A stretch of DNA of 61,931 nucleotides, counting the filler, from Sluysia triapertura (taxonomy: Eukaryota): NCBI GenBank assembly GCA_046118255.1. It is 4 parts of 4 records of this genome, joined end to end, with 100 filler letters (N's around TTAATTAATTAA, not from the genome) between each part and the next. Parts side by side here need not be neighbours in the genome. Positions count along the whole stretch, not along the records: positions 32,248 to 48,136 come from JBJNIA010216030.1; positions 48,237 to 61,931 come from JBJNIA010024509.1; 2 more parts are not named here. One strand, 5' to 3'. Position numbers and translations under genes: made by a program. Of the stretch, positions 40,200 to 54,095 are shown in pieces (positions within the stretch are counted from its first letter, which is position 1; every line of letters begins with the position of its first letter). Below the pieces are notes generated by a model. It had not been told where the DNA came from, did not search any database, and saw only the letters and a program-made list of their open reading frames with translations.

Positions 40200-40921
40200 T
40201 ACTAAACACATAAAGTTCTTCGAAATACTAAACATGATCTGTCTTTGAAATCTTCACCTTCTAAATATATTGGACTTAAAAATGATGAAGTCTACAGAAC
40301 TGTGAATTTGTGATATCAATGCTTTAAAAAGATTCATACGTGTTTAGTGTAAACTTTAGTTAATTCAGCCTAATGTTCAAGATAAAATAATGTTTCTAGC
40401 TGAATATGTTAACAGATCATGAGTTATTAATATGTTATAAAGGCGCGGTTTGACGTATAAAAGTAGGTAAATTGTAGTCTAACTTTCATATGTTCAGAAG
40501 GTGATTATACACTGTTGAGAATGTGGTTTAAATCGAATTGATAAGGGTGAAAATAAAATATTTTTGGTGAATTTTTGACGTAACTTAATGGTTTTGAATG
40601 CAATTGTGGTTTGGATTGTTTTGAAGATGTTTGTTGGTTAATATAAAATGTGATTGTGATTGAAATGTTATAAGATTGAAAATTTGAAATGTTTTGATAA
40701 AAAAGAGTTTATTTTGGTGAATGTGAAAAGAATTGAAGTGTATGAATGGTTATGAAGGCCTTTGCAAAGTTGTTATGTAGTGTTAAAACGAGTATGGTTT
40801 TAATTGTATTGGATTAAATTGTGAATTTGGAAATGTGAGTTATTGATCTTGGGATGAGTGTTACGGGAATATGGATTGTGACTTTTAATAAAACTATTAA
40901 AGTTACATGTTGGCCACCACA
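40200..40921 (-). repeat. Strand-skewed LTR-like repeat starting TGTGGTGGCCAACAT
   Basis: C/A-rich on the minus strand; inversely similar to 40990-41340; the same start motif occurs at 38210 (+) and, with one change, at ~54766 (-). Confidence 0.65.
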
Positions 40922-40959
40922 CCCATATTTATCTCTGTTACATCCATTAAAAACATCTT

Positions 40960-41400
40960 CACCCGTTAAAATCAACTAAACACATAATCTCATAATATCC
41001 AAACCACAATTACACTCTAACCATTAAAGTACTGTAAAAAATTCATTCAAAATATTTTATTTTTCATTTTTTAATAATTCAAGCACAATCACAATCGAAA
41101 TTAACCAACAGACATTTTCAAAACAATCCAAACATTCTAAATTCACGATCTTGTATCATTTAATCCCAACAGTTTAACATTACTTTCTTTCAAAACAACA
41201 GTGTACATTCATCACTCATTTTAACGTTTACCCTATTCCAAAGTATTTAAGTCATAACCATTTAATAACATCTTCAGTTAGAAACATTTTCCTATTTAGA
41301 ACATTAAAGTGTATTCTAACTTCCACCTAAACATGCATAGTGCCTCAAAATATTTAACACCTAAAAGTATTTATACTTAACATTAGGCGGAAGTATTATT
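40960..41400 (+). repeat. Strand-skewed LTR-like repeat, inverted partner of 40200-40650
   Basis: atccaaaccacaatt..ccattaa..aaaaattca..aaaatattttattt and ttcag.tagaaacatt blocks match the reverse complement of 40340-40640; acagtgtacattca..attccaaagta recurs at ~42993-43042. Confidence 0.7.
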
Positions 41401-41540
41401 AAGACTGTTAAATATATAAGAAAAATTAAAGATACAAGAAAAGATTGTGTTTCCTCTTTACTTTTAACATTTGATATGTCTAGAAAATTAAGATTCATAA
41501 AAGTAAGATCGTGTAAAGAATTACAAGAGTTTATGTAACT

Positions 41541-41541
<1 letters not shown>

Positions 41542-41612
<71 letters not shown>
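41542..41612. repeat. Palindromic microsatellite (AAT)n(ATT)n
   Basis: About 11 AAT units immediately followed by about 12 ATT units. Confidence 0.9.
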
Positions 41613-41616
<4 letters not shown>

Positions 41617-41847
41617 TTTTATCATTATTGTTATTGTTATTTTATTTTAAAAATATCAATATCAAATATGTAATTATAAAGGCAAGTATAGCCTTATTGA
41701 CAACACTAAAGATGATAATATTCTAGTTATTAATGTTAAAGACGATAAGAATAAAATTTTCGAGCATATAATTTTGAAGATCAGTATAACGCGATTGGCA
41801 TTAGTAGAGATAACGATTTACAAAATAACAATCTTGAAGATGACAGT

Positions 41848-42673
41848 GTGGAAGTTATTAATGTCGAAGTCGAGCATTGTGAGTCTAACAATGATAATCT
41901 TAATGACAATAAAGATAACAATGCTGGATATGAGGTTATGCTATCTAAGAGGAAAAAATATATTGATTATCAAGTCAACAACAATGAAGAACACGATGGT
42001 TTATTGCGCTGTTATGGAGATAATTTTTATAAACTGAAACAGAACAAAGTCGATTTTTATAGTATTTATAAAAATAATATACGTCTTTTCGAACTTTATT
42101 ATTATGAATTAATTGTAATTAATTTTCTTAATGATAATAATAATGTTTATTCTATTGATAAAAATAAATCTAAGATTAATGAAAGGTATAACAATGATAA
42201 CAAGTATTTTTAGTTCACTTAATAATTATAAATGTGATGACTCTCGACGTAGAGATAATGAACAAGAGTATCACATGTTCAATAAAGAAAAAATTATTCG
42301 TACAGCTGCTATGTGTCCAGCTCTTACTGAAAACAAAGGTATTTGCTTAATGCGTGGAGTGTTCTGCCGATTCACTCATTCTGTTCACGAAATGAAGATC
42401 AGCAAAGAAGATCAAGCAACTTACAACTTACACTTGCAACGAATTACGGGATTACTGAATAATATTGCAGTTGTTTCTGGCATTTCAGGAGATAATAATT
42501 TAATGGATGACAACGTTAAGGTAAATAATATTTACTTTTATTTATTTTGTGTTAACAATCATCATTATTATTTTTTATTAGTAGGTGAAACATCGAGAAG
42601 AAGTATCATACATAGCAGTCAAATATCAAAAGTAAAATTTTTCAAAAATAAATCTTTATGCTTTTGTTTTTAA
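41848..42673 (+). pseudogene. Disrupted ORF with C-x9-C-x6-C-x3-H zinc finger (copy B)
   Basis: Two overlapping frames; finger CPALTENKGICLMRGVFCRFTH at 42314-42379; homologous to copy A both upstream (YYY..NVY) and downstream (RI..LLN.I, YF.C.NN.Y.F...G, KNK.LC). Confidence 0.78.
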
Positions 42674-45600
42674 TTTTGGTCTAGGGAGGATATGACAATT
42701 ACTTTGGAACTAAAAATTTCGAACGGGGACTTTTTAATAAAAGCTAATCTTAAATTTTATAAATTTAAAAATAAATTAAATTTTAAAAATAACAATAATC
42801 CAATAACATTAAACATAATTAACTTTTCTCAGCAAGTTTAAAATTTAAGCATAATTGTTTAATATTGTAAAGAATATTTTATAATTAAATAAAATAAATT
42901 AACTAAATTAACTCACAATTTTATCAAATATGAAAACATTCATAAATACTTATAACCTTAAACATTTCATAATTCACTTAACATTTCACACCACAGTGTA
43001 CATTCAACTCTATGTTAACCACAGCTTTAGAATTCCAAAGTAAAATAATCATATTTAATTTTAGGTACTCAAACTATTTTACAAAATCAGAAAGAACTTT
43101 GCCTCCAAACGAAGTATATTGTAAAATTTATTTAATGTTAATTAATTTTATTTAATAATAATAACAATAATAAATCAATAAATATACCAAAATCAATTTA
43201 GCCCTCACCATTATTATTAACAAAATCACTAATGTCATTATTGACATTTCATTAATGTAGTCACCTTACACTGACTTTGATTCCTGCCCAATGAAATGTG
43301 AATTGCCTACAGATTTCACTGGAGCAATTTCATTAAAAATACATTTTAATGTGATATAAATATACCTTATTTTATTTAATCTCGGATTCTTACATTTTGA
43401 ATTTAACATAATATTTTCTTTTTAATGGCGAATGACATCAACTAGATTAATGACACTACAAACGAATCCTCTTAGTTTTCAATCGTCAGAATCAGTTTAA
43501 AAATGAAGCTGTTATAGTTTTAAACAAGAAATATTAATTTTTGTTCTAATAATGCGAGAATCAACTAATTATCTTAATAATTATCCTTAATTTGTGATTG
43601 ATAAAACTTCTTCATTTTATAACTAATATTAATATAACTCATCATATTAATACAAAAACAGAGCAACTGTTACATTATAATTCATTGAATTCAATCAAAT
43701 TTATGAATCAAATACAGCTCAACTTAAATTTGATAGTTGTTGAAATGTTTGATCTCATTCTTATTCAAAATGGAAAAAATAGTACATAAAATTCTCACAA
43801 CTCTGATTCAAATTATTCAGATTATTTCTTTACAATTAAGAATGTTACAGGTATTGGTATTAATGATATTTGTGGAAAAAATTTTTGATTTAAATGAAGA
43901 AGTTCTCTATAGAAGTTTCATTTATCATATCCTTATTAATTTTAAAAGCACAATCGATGATAAATTTAGTATTTTCAATTATAAAGATCCGATACCTAAA
44001 AATAAACTAATAGAAGTTGAAAATGATTTAAAGCTGAACTTAGTTAACAAAGTAAAAGCACAAAGTCTAAATGATTAATTTGTACTACTCATAAAACACA
44101 TTGATAAACCTGAATGAACCAATCGAAGATAACAATTCTGTTACGAAATATAATGATTTGTCATAATGATCTAAAACAGTTTCAGTTAAGCAAATATAAT
44201 TCAATCTCGGTCAAGCCAAAACATACCTCAAAAGTAAAATAGTTGTTAATAATTAAAAAAATTAATGAGGTTTAGTAAAGATTTCTAAAGATTTCTGTGA
44301 GTAGTATATATTAGTTTTATTTTATATTAAAATCTATCTAATAGGTTTCTTTATCACTTTGTCCAATTCTCTTACTATTTGATACTCTACGTTTTTTTGA
44401 TGCTGCGATAAGTTACTTTAATATTCTATTTTGCTAATTAGAGGGTTACTCATAAAATGAATTTTCGTAAGTTTTCGTTTTTTAAAATGCGAGAATTTTT
44501 GCTTAACTTTGTAAGTTTAAATATTATATTGTGAGTCCTCTGTGATGTTGGGCATATGCAATTATGGGCCAACTCATAGGTGTCAGCGAAAAGTGCAATG
44601 TGCATGTTTTATTGGAGGTCAATAAGAAAATAAATTTTTTGCTTGATAACTGATCCGCTGTTTCGCGAGTTTAGTTTTTATTATATTTTAAATAAGATCT
44701 GAAAGCAAGATTTTACATTACTAAAAATATCTTTAATTTACTATGTTGAATATTTAAATTAAATTTATAATTATATAAATCAAGTTCACATAAGTAACGA
44801 TAATTATTATTTAAAATAATAATAATAGTAGTTGAAGTTGTTTGAAAATTTATTTTATGGCTAATAAAGTTTACTAATGGTTACTAAAATGGATATTAAG
44901 TTTAAATTTATTCTTTTAATTAAAATAAGCAAAACCTACAATCAATATCAACTAACGAATTCATTAAAATATTTGTCACGGATAAACAATAAAAGTTAAT
45001 GAATCCTGTAATAAATTTTTCCACGAATGAATGCGTAACAAATCCGGTTATAATATAATAATCTATAATATAAATATAATATAGATATTTTGTTTTGAAA
45101 ATTTTAAAATCAATATTTGTTAAAGTTTACAACGTCGGTGCTTTTGTTAAATTGATCTGTCTGTGTGCATAAATGTATGAAAAGTTCTAATTCTAAAAAT
45201 AACAGTAATAATACTTTAATTTTTTAATTATATTAGTATCAATAATAATATTAATAATAATATTTTCGCAATTAATAATAATAATATCAATAATAATAAT
45301 ATATTCGCAAAAGTACAACTATTTAAAATTAATAATTTTATTATTTTCAAATCACTTAAAATTAAATTAATATTTTATTACATTTTTAACATAACATTTT
45401 ACACATAATTACAACAAATAATATTTTACCATTTTCATTTCTGGTTGTTTAAAGCTACCAATAAAATATAAATATAAAATATAAATATATTTTATTCATA
45501 CTAATATTGAGACATTAATATTATTAAATTTTTGTTTCTAGCTGTTATTTATTATTTACTTGTTTTATTAACATTGCTAAAATTTAGTTGAGTTTGATTT

Positions 45601-48051
45601 TAATCTACGTGAGTTCCTTATGACATTAGACTTACTCAAAAAATGTCAGAAATCTCTCAAAAGGTCTACTGGTATAACGTCAGTAATTCAAGTTTTATCT
45701 TACTGCAATTACAGGTTAAAAATGTGTATTTTACTTAAGATCCCAATTAAACAGGATCTTCAAAAGAGAATTTTAATATTAAATCGACAAAAAACGACTA
45801 ATTTGGGGGTAAATTTGAAACCATATAATTTAATATTATATACGAACTGTGATAAAATGATGTAAAGAACAGTAATAAGTTATATTTAAAAAAAATCAAT
45901 ACAAAAAGTTTAATGTATATATTTAATATGCATATAAATGTGAATTTTGCAAAATTAAAAACTGACAGTAATTAATTTTTTGTCTAATCTGATTTTAGAA
46001 GAATTTTACATCAATCTTCGTAAACGGTTGAAAATAAAAAGAAATTTAATAAAACTTTGAGTAGTATTTTACACTAAATAAAATTTGTTAGACCTCTAAT
46101 ATATTATCTAACGGATTATTCTGCTAAAATTCCTTATTCCAAAAGATAGATCGTTTGATGATGAATGTATATAATATTTTGAATTGAACTTTTAATCTTA
46201 ATTTAATTTCATTTGCGTTTTTTCTATTGTGCGTATGAGAAAATGTTTTGGCTTTATATATTTATTTTGACACAAGTTCATTTTATAAATTTATTATTTA
46301 TCAAGAAATTATTTAAGAGAAAATTTTTTAATTATTTAATATTTAATTATATTATTTAAATTTTTTCAAAATAATCCGCATTTAAATCTGTTTTATAAAT
46401 TTAAAATTAAATCTATTAATGTTACACAAATAAATTGATAAATAAATTTACACTTAAAATAATACACTAAAATAGATTATTATAAATGTTACACAAAATT
46501 ATATGATTAATGTTACTCTCTAAAAATAAATTATTGATTATTATATTATAATATTGACACTATTAATGTTACACACATAAAATAATATTTGACATAATAT
46601 TGACAGTTATCGAACATTCCGTGAACAAATTACTTTTTATATTTTGTGCTTTTAAATTATTTATGATTTGTCGCATCTTTTATAATCATATTTAATTTTA
46701 TTGTATATTTTTGGGAATTTTTGTATAAGTTTTTGCTTTATGATTAGCTAATAGAGATATTGAAGTATTTATTACTATTTCCATTTTTAACACTAGAGAC
46801 GAATTAAAATTATAACTTCACAGATAAAGATAATTTATGTTAAGTTTTAAGTCATTTGATATTGTGAAAGTTTAAATATGGTTATAATGTTAAATATTAT
46901 TCCAACAATTATTTAACTTTACGTAACGAAGCAAAAGTAATTTAAATTTTTGGTATATGTTTAGATTTTTATAATTAATAAACACAAATTAACTTTAAAA
47001 ATATATTTTGTTAATGTTAATTTTAAGGTAATAACATAAAATTTATTAAAATATAATAGTATAATGTCAATAAAATCCATTTTATATTGGAAAATAATAA
47101 TAATATATTAATTTATATTCCGCTCATATCTATTACGTATGTACTCAAAAGCGCTTAAGGTAAATCATTCACCATAATATTTCTGAAACAGAAAGAATTT
47201 TGCCTTTTTTCTTATATATTTCATAATCTTCCAGCAATTTGACATTATCTGGTAACTGGTTTTATATTTTTGAGACATAAACAGTATACAACCTATCACC
47301 TAGCTTGTTATCATTGTGAATTCTATATAAATGTGAATATTCTCTGTAAATCGTTAATCTAACATGAAACAGTCAATTATGTGCAACCATTCTGAAATCA
47401 TGTTCTTCACTTCAATCCAATTCGATTGATCTATTTTAAAAGATAATTTTAATAAATTAATTCCAACCGATGACGTAAATAATGAAATACCATTGATAGG
47501 TATTATTTAAAAGCGAAGTCTTTGGAAAAATATCATTTTGTAAAATTGAAATTAGTGACACATTTTTAAAAATCTTTAAAATCTTCTTGCAATAAAATAG
47601 CCTTTTGTTTCATCTGACTTTATTGAGATATTAAAATACTTTAGTTTTAGTTCTTTAGTTTCAAATATAACCAGTTATTTAGACTTTTAAAATATTTGTT
47701 GCGAAAACATTTTAAATTATGATAAATCTATATAAATTAATTAATTATTATTTTTGGTATTCTTAATTTTATAATTTTAAATTAAAATAAGTGTATATAT
47801 TGAATATTTATTGCAATTCAATTATAAATTTTTGCGTGATATTGATAAAACTTTGTTAAAGCTTAAATCTTGTTTCCAGTTTTTGTAATTCAATTACGTT
47901 TTATGATACTAATAAATTTTATTAAAATTTAATACCTTGTTGAGATCTTTTTCGGATAGTTGAGAAATAGTAACGATTAAAAAAACTTAGATTAAAAAAA
48001 TTTTGATTATCGACTCAAAAGTCAAATTCATAAATAAGATATTGAATAAAG

Positions 48052-48106
<55 letters not shown>

Positions 48107-48136
48107 GAAGAAACCTCATAAAGAAAAAACGATGCA

Positions 48137-48236
48137 NNNNNNNNNNNNNNNNNNNNNNNNNNNNNNNNNNNNNNNNNNNNTTAATTAATTAANNNNNNNN
48201 NNNNNNNNNNNNNNNNNNNNNNNNNNNNNNNNNNNN
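48137..48236. other. Assembly gap with TTAATTAATTAA spacer, preceded by (TA)n at ~48057-48101
   Basis: Same 100-nt spacer structure. Confidence 0.97.
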
Positions 48237-49349
48237 GTTATAATTGTAGTTTTGATAATATAACAAATATATTGAGGTTTTGAGTTTATTTAATTGTTGA
48301 GTTTTGATTTAATAATTTGGGAGAATAAAAATATTAAAAGACACAACAAAAGTGTTGTCTTAGTTAAATTAATTAAGAAGTAATTTGTAAAACTTCTAGT
48401 GATGGACTTAAGGTTTCATTGGAAAATTAAATCTTGAGCTAATAAATAGTCGAAGGAAAACAAAAAAATTTAGAAAATTTAATAAGTTACGGTCTACATC
48501 GCATTTTAAAAATGAATTCATTTAAATTAATCCAAGTTATTGATGAGTAATAGTCCCCTACAATCCTTAATAAGAATTAAATTGAAAGAACAATATTAAG
48601 TAATACTTCGGATAGATTTGAATTAATTAAGAAGATTAAGTTAAATTATATTAATGGGATAGTTTAAGAAGAATCGTAAAATAAATAGACATTGGAAGAA
48701 ATTAAGTGAGAATTAATATATCTAGTTGTTAAAGAAAATCAGAACTTTGCAAACATCGCTTCAATCATAAATTTGTTAACTGTAAGAGAACATCGTCATT
48801 AAAATTTAATTTGTTAGCGGACAGTTTAAGAAAAACACCAGTAGATTTTTTAGCGATGAAGTTATTTTGGTGAGAAATTAAAAATAAATGATTTTGAAAA
48901 TTACCTGGTTAGTTACCAAATTTTAAAAAACAATTTAAATTAAAAAGACACTTGTGGTGAAGCTGGAATAATAGATGAAAAAGAGATTACTAGGTTTAAC
49001 AAAGGGTTCGTCAAAAATGCTTGCCAAGTATGGAATAAACATATTTGAGTTCGAAAAAAGGAAAATCTTCAATGCAGTATGTGTTCTTGAGTTAAACGTT
49101 GCTATATTAAGACATATGTAATGTATAGCAAATTTTTAATAATAATGAACACGGTTTATAAAACATAAATATTGATAAGTTGCGATGTAATGGTTAAGTA
49201 AAATAAATTAGGTAAAATAAACGATTAATTTGAGCCTATAATTCCAAACTAAATTAAAATCGTTAATAATAAACGATACTTCAAAAATGCATTAAATTCA
49301 TTTCACTACTTTATTTATTTCATGATTGTTTGTTTTAATATTTTAATTA

Positions 49350-49368
49350 ATGGCGAAGTTTAACAGAA
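49350..49368 (+). CDS. NXF1: NXF1-like gene, putative exon 1 (MAKFNR)
   Basis: ATG GCG AAG TTT AAC AGA A, then a GT..TTATTTAG 34-nt intron (49369-49402) that splices in frame to the long ORF. Confidence 0.55.
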
Positions 49369-49402
49369 GTATATTTTCTATCAATTTAGTTTAGTTATTT
49401 AG

Positions 49403-50784
49403 AATCGTGGGATTATTATGAAAAAACAAAATTTGATTTACCTACTAATAAGAAGAAAAATGTTCATATTAACACCAGACATATTCGTAGCTATGATGAT
49501 ATATATAATTGTAATGATCAAAGAATATTGAAAGTTCGTTGCAATACTACTAATCCTGATGTATACCAAAATATCATTAATGATTTGCAGTCATTAATCG
49601 TTAAGTATAATGGGACAACATGTAGTTTAAGACCTATTAATCATATATATAAAAATGGTGTATTGGAATTCTACGTAAATCTTAATAGGAGAAATTTAAA
49701 AATTGCACAAGAAAAATATTCTGAAATGCCATTTGAATTATCATGTTGTGAATTTAGTGATTATCATGTTCCTTCAGAATTTCCTGCGCATTGGATTCCG
49801 CTGATACAAGAAACTATGAAAACAAGATTTAGTGTTAATGATAATGAGTCATGTTTAGATTTGTCTAATTTTTCAAAAGACAAATTTCTTAATGAAAAAG
49901 GGCTAATATTAAAGTTAAATACTGGTAAAGTTATAGAAAATATATCAAATTTACTTTTACCGGAATTAACCCAATTAACGAAATTGAACTTACAGAATAA
50001 TGGCTTGCATAATATTTATAAATTTAGGTTATTAATAAAGCAATTAAATGTTCAAAAATTAGATTTAAGTGATAATCGAATAACAGTTCTTACAGACTTG
50101 AAAGTGCTGGATGGTTCTTCTATTATTGAGTTAAATATAAAAAATAATGAAGTTTCAAATGTTTTGAAATTTTCACGTTTGAAAGATGGTATCAGAGATT
50201 TCTTGCCAAATTTAACTACACTAAATGGACGAAAGTTGGATGAACCTATTGTAATTGCTGGTGGAAGTGTATTGGTTCCTGTTTCTTCTAAACAACTACC
50301 ACAAATATTAAAAACGAGCAACACGGAAAGCACAGAGTATAAGTATTTAAATCATTATTTTTCGAAATTTGATATGAAAAATCGAGATTACGTATGTGAT
50401 TTTTACACATCAGAATCATCTTTAACAATCTCAACTTTTGGAGAAGTGCCATTTTACTATAAGTCGAATAGCTGTAATTTTAAAATATTGCAACAAACGG
50501 AACGTCGGAAAGCCAATAGAAAAATAGGGAAAGTTCAAATTATGAGTTTGTTGGGTGACTTCCCATTGACGAAGCACGTTTCGGAAAGCTTTATTATTGA
50601 TGTTATTGCATCGGGAGACGGTTTTATGACTTTTAAAGTATATGGGGTTTTTATCGAATGTCCGGCAAATAAATCTGGTGCTTATAGACCTCGGGAGTTT
50701 TGCCGATGGTTTATTGTTAAACACGATGGAACAATATTACAAGATAATATAGACATTATGCCAAATGATTATCAATTGTATTCA
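49403..50784 (+). CDS. NXF1: Nuclear RNA export factor (NXF1/TAP/Mex67 family), exon 2: LRR and NTF2-like domains
   Basis: MKTRF....CLDLSNF, LRRs LTKLNLQNNGL / VQKLDLSDNRI / IELNIKNNEV, FLPNLTTLNGRKL; NTF2-like YLNHYF..FD...R....FY...S.LTIS, LGDFPLTKH..SFIIDV, FKVYGVF.E, REFCRWFIV. Donor TCA|GTAAGC, phase 0. Confidence 0.9.
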
Positions 50785-51239
50785 GTAAGCTTTAATTTTG
50801 GTAATTATATGATTTCATTTGCAAAAAATTAAATTTTAAAATGTTAAATAATCTAAACATTAACTAATGATAAATTGATTTAACCATCAAAAGCAGGAAA
50901 TGTTGTGAAATAAATGGATGCATTATTTTACCATATATTTCTGGTATATATGGTTTATATGTGGAGTTCTTTCACTTCAAACAATGTACAAGCTTATTCC
51001 TTAAAATAGTAGTCTCTTCTGGAAGTAAAATTTTTTTGTTTCTTTGATAACTAAAGACAATAGGCTGTACATCCAGATAATAAACCATTTTGTAATCAAA
51101 AATAACATAATTGCAACTAAAAATAATATCGTTGCAATGAAAAGTTACGTTTTTTAACTCTATTTGTGTTTTTATAAGTCTTATAACATTAAAACTGTAT
51201 ACATTTCTTTAGTTTTTAATCCTTACGAGTGATAATAAC

Positions 51240-51660
51240 ATTTCAGCCACTAACAGTCTATTAGATTTAATTTTACGGACAATTTAATTATCTCTGAGGC
51301 AGCAAGGATGCTAGCTATTAATTATGCATGTGCTAGAAAAATTATTAATTATTATGAAACCGATAGCAGAAACAAAGAAAAAGTAGTGGTGAAAACCATA
51401 TTTTAACGAAGGCTGTCAATGAAATAGAGGAAAATGTGTCCTGACAGTCTGGGTTAACTTCGAAAGAAATTAAAAGTAAAAAATTGATTCATAATATCAG
51501 TAACGATCATTTATCGATGTGTCAAATTATCGCACAAAGAAATTGAAAGTAAATGAACAACAAAAATATATAGTCTGCAGTTAAATAATTATCATTCGAA
51601 TGTTGTTTTATTGATGAGTCAGGATTCAATTTACATTTAACGAGCTTTGTTGCCAAATGA
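51240..51660 (+). mobile_element. IS630/Tc1-mariner transposase remnant within the NXF1 intron
   Basis: HTH ISEAARMLAINYACARKII, second HTH-like GLTSKEIKSK, and first catalytic motif CFIDESGFNLHL (51604-51639); stops and frameshifts. Confidence 0.8.
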
Positions 51661-53815
51661 AGCATCGAAGCAATACATTGCAGAAAATATTTTAAAGACT
51701 GTTGAAGAATGAAGTAATATTTACAGAAAATCAATTGATAATTTTGTTATGATATAAAATCCAACCTCCAAAAAATTTTAAATATAGGCTAATGAATATG
51801 ATTGTAAACATAATATCATTTGCAATGAGGACGATGATGGTACCAATCATTGTGTGAACATAATTTAAAATGACTATGTAGTCATGTTTTTTCTTTATTT
51901 TTTTTACTTTGACAAGCAGTATTAGTTTATAAGACCTATTGCTCACTTCTGTTCATTTTGTGTATTTAAAAGTTTTGTATTATGCTTGTAATTGTGTGGC
52001 CATTTGATATGACTGCTGTTGTGGAAATTTTGTCTTTAGTATAATCATAACATACAAATAATGTGGTTATAAGTGATGAAAATAAGTAAATAGAACAATT
52101 TTGTAGATATCTTTTAATCTTGTGTGAACTATATTGAAAATTTCAAATGACACAATAAATAATGTCAGATTTAAAATATCAAAATTTTCATTCGAATTAA
52201 TAATAATAAATATAAAAACTAATTTTAAAACAAAACTTTATCACTACACTTGAGGTCTATATTAAAATGACTCTTGTTATTGTTTAAAATGTCTACAAAA
52301 TTTTCAATTAAGATAAGCAACTATATTAAGAAATTTAAACATCAAATAAAAATCCAGAATTATAAAATATTTAACGTTAATTAGTACGTGAAGTATGAAA
52401 CCTTTAGAATGCACTTCAGTTGTTGGAAATGAATGAAACTGTTATGATAATAAATTCTTGGCCACAACATCGGATTGTTTATTCTAATGTATTATATTAT
52501 GTTCAACACAAAGTTTTATGGTTAAAGTAGTTGTATGCATCTTACTATCTCTTGTAATGGCAGGAGTTACTTGATAATGAATATACAGTAAATGGTATTT
52601 AGAATCATGATGACGAAATTTCGTATATTACATTTAGTTAAATGAAAATTAACATTTAAATATAACCACATAACTAAATTTTATTATTATTATATTGGCA
52701 CTTTTATTTTTTCTGATGTTTTTTAAATATGTTAATGAGTATTCTTAAAGCACCTTTTAACACAGTGTATAATAAGAATCGTTTTTTGTCTCAAAACTAT
52801 ATCACCTAAGTATAACTAGGATTTTCTAACAACGGATCGCTAATAACATTCCATACCAATTTCAAAGTTTCTTTGAATTGATGAAAAATGATAGATTTGA
52901 TATATTCAGCATTGGTTTGACATAAGATTCCGTTGCACCTTTAATCATTTTACTAACTGGCATTTGATCTTTATTGAATTTATACAGTTTATACATTCGT
53001 ACTGTATATAACAACGGGATTTGATTCCATATCTTAACTGCATTAAATACACACAACCTCCAGTTTATTTTTTTAATTGGCCAATTGTTTAAACAAGTTA
53101 AGCAGGACAGTGAATATAACATTGATTTTTTCAGGCACAATGTCTTTGTTGATAGTTTTCCAGCATAGTGATGTGAATAATTATCAAACAACTCTTCGAT
53201 AGGCTTGACTGGTTGTAAAACCACGATTTCTCTTGAAATTTATGCAGATGAGAACAGATATAAAAGCCAAAATGTTCATAAAAAATATACCTGAATATAT
53301 ATACCTAATATGTTCCTCATACTTTACTTTCGTCATTTAACGATCTGGAGTTTTAGCTTGTTTGTGATGATTATCTGCTTTGCTTGTTCATCAAAGCAGT
53401 GAGTCCTTTTATTCGAATTGTTTATGCTGTCGATCAGATTCATATTTACCTTTTCAGCATCGTCCGATCGATTTCGATTGCATGAATTACTATTGTAAGA
53501 GGTGGTATATGAATTTGCGTTGTAATTTAAGATTTTTGTTAAATTGAATTTCTTCATTAATGATAAATTTAAAATTGTAAAAATTCTTAATAAAATTAGT
53601 AACATTATCACTAAAGAAATCTTTAATATTCAAGAAAATTATGATTAAATTATTATCATTAAAAACTTTTTGAAGAATAAGATACAAATGTACGTTAAGA
53701 CACGTATTTAATATCACACTGATTAAAGTATCTATTAAAATTTTTATTCTAAACTTTATGTCACTGTTCTATTCGTTTATATTTGTCCACCTTACCGTCC
53801 ATACCAAATCTAATT

Positions 53816-54095
53816 CTAAAGAGAAATAATGACAATACTTTTAGGAAACATTTTATAAATTAAATAATTTACTTTAAAATTGAAATTGTTACTGGAGGAA
53901 ACATTTTCTAATTTATTAACAAAAGGACTTGCAATGATCGAATTGAACTCTAAGCTGGAAATAAGATCTACGATGCGATTAACATTGTCGGAGAAGATCT
54001 GATCATCATTGAAATCTTGTGCGCATACTTGCAACTCGCACCGTGTCTTGAACATTGCTCATCAAGTGACGAGCCATAAAGACATACCACATTTA
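53816..54095 (-). pseudogene. CCCH-family zinc-finger remnant (copy C)
   Basis: VVCLYGSSLDEQCSRHGASCKYAH at 54019-54084 has the same 9-6-3 spacing; shifts into the frame with NRIVDLISSL. Confidence 0.65.

Noticed and set aside
50880-53224. Minus-strand membrane-protein or piggyBac remnants within the NXF1 intron
   Set aside because: Hydrophobic broken frames with no diagnostic motif; AT-rich DNA produces these by chance.
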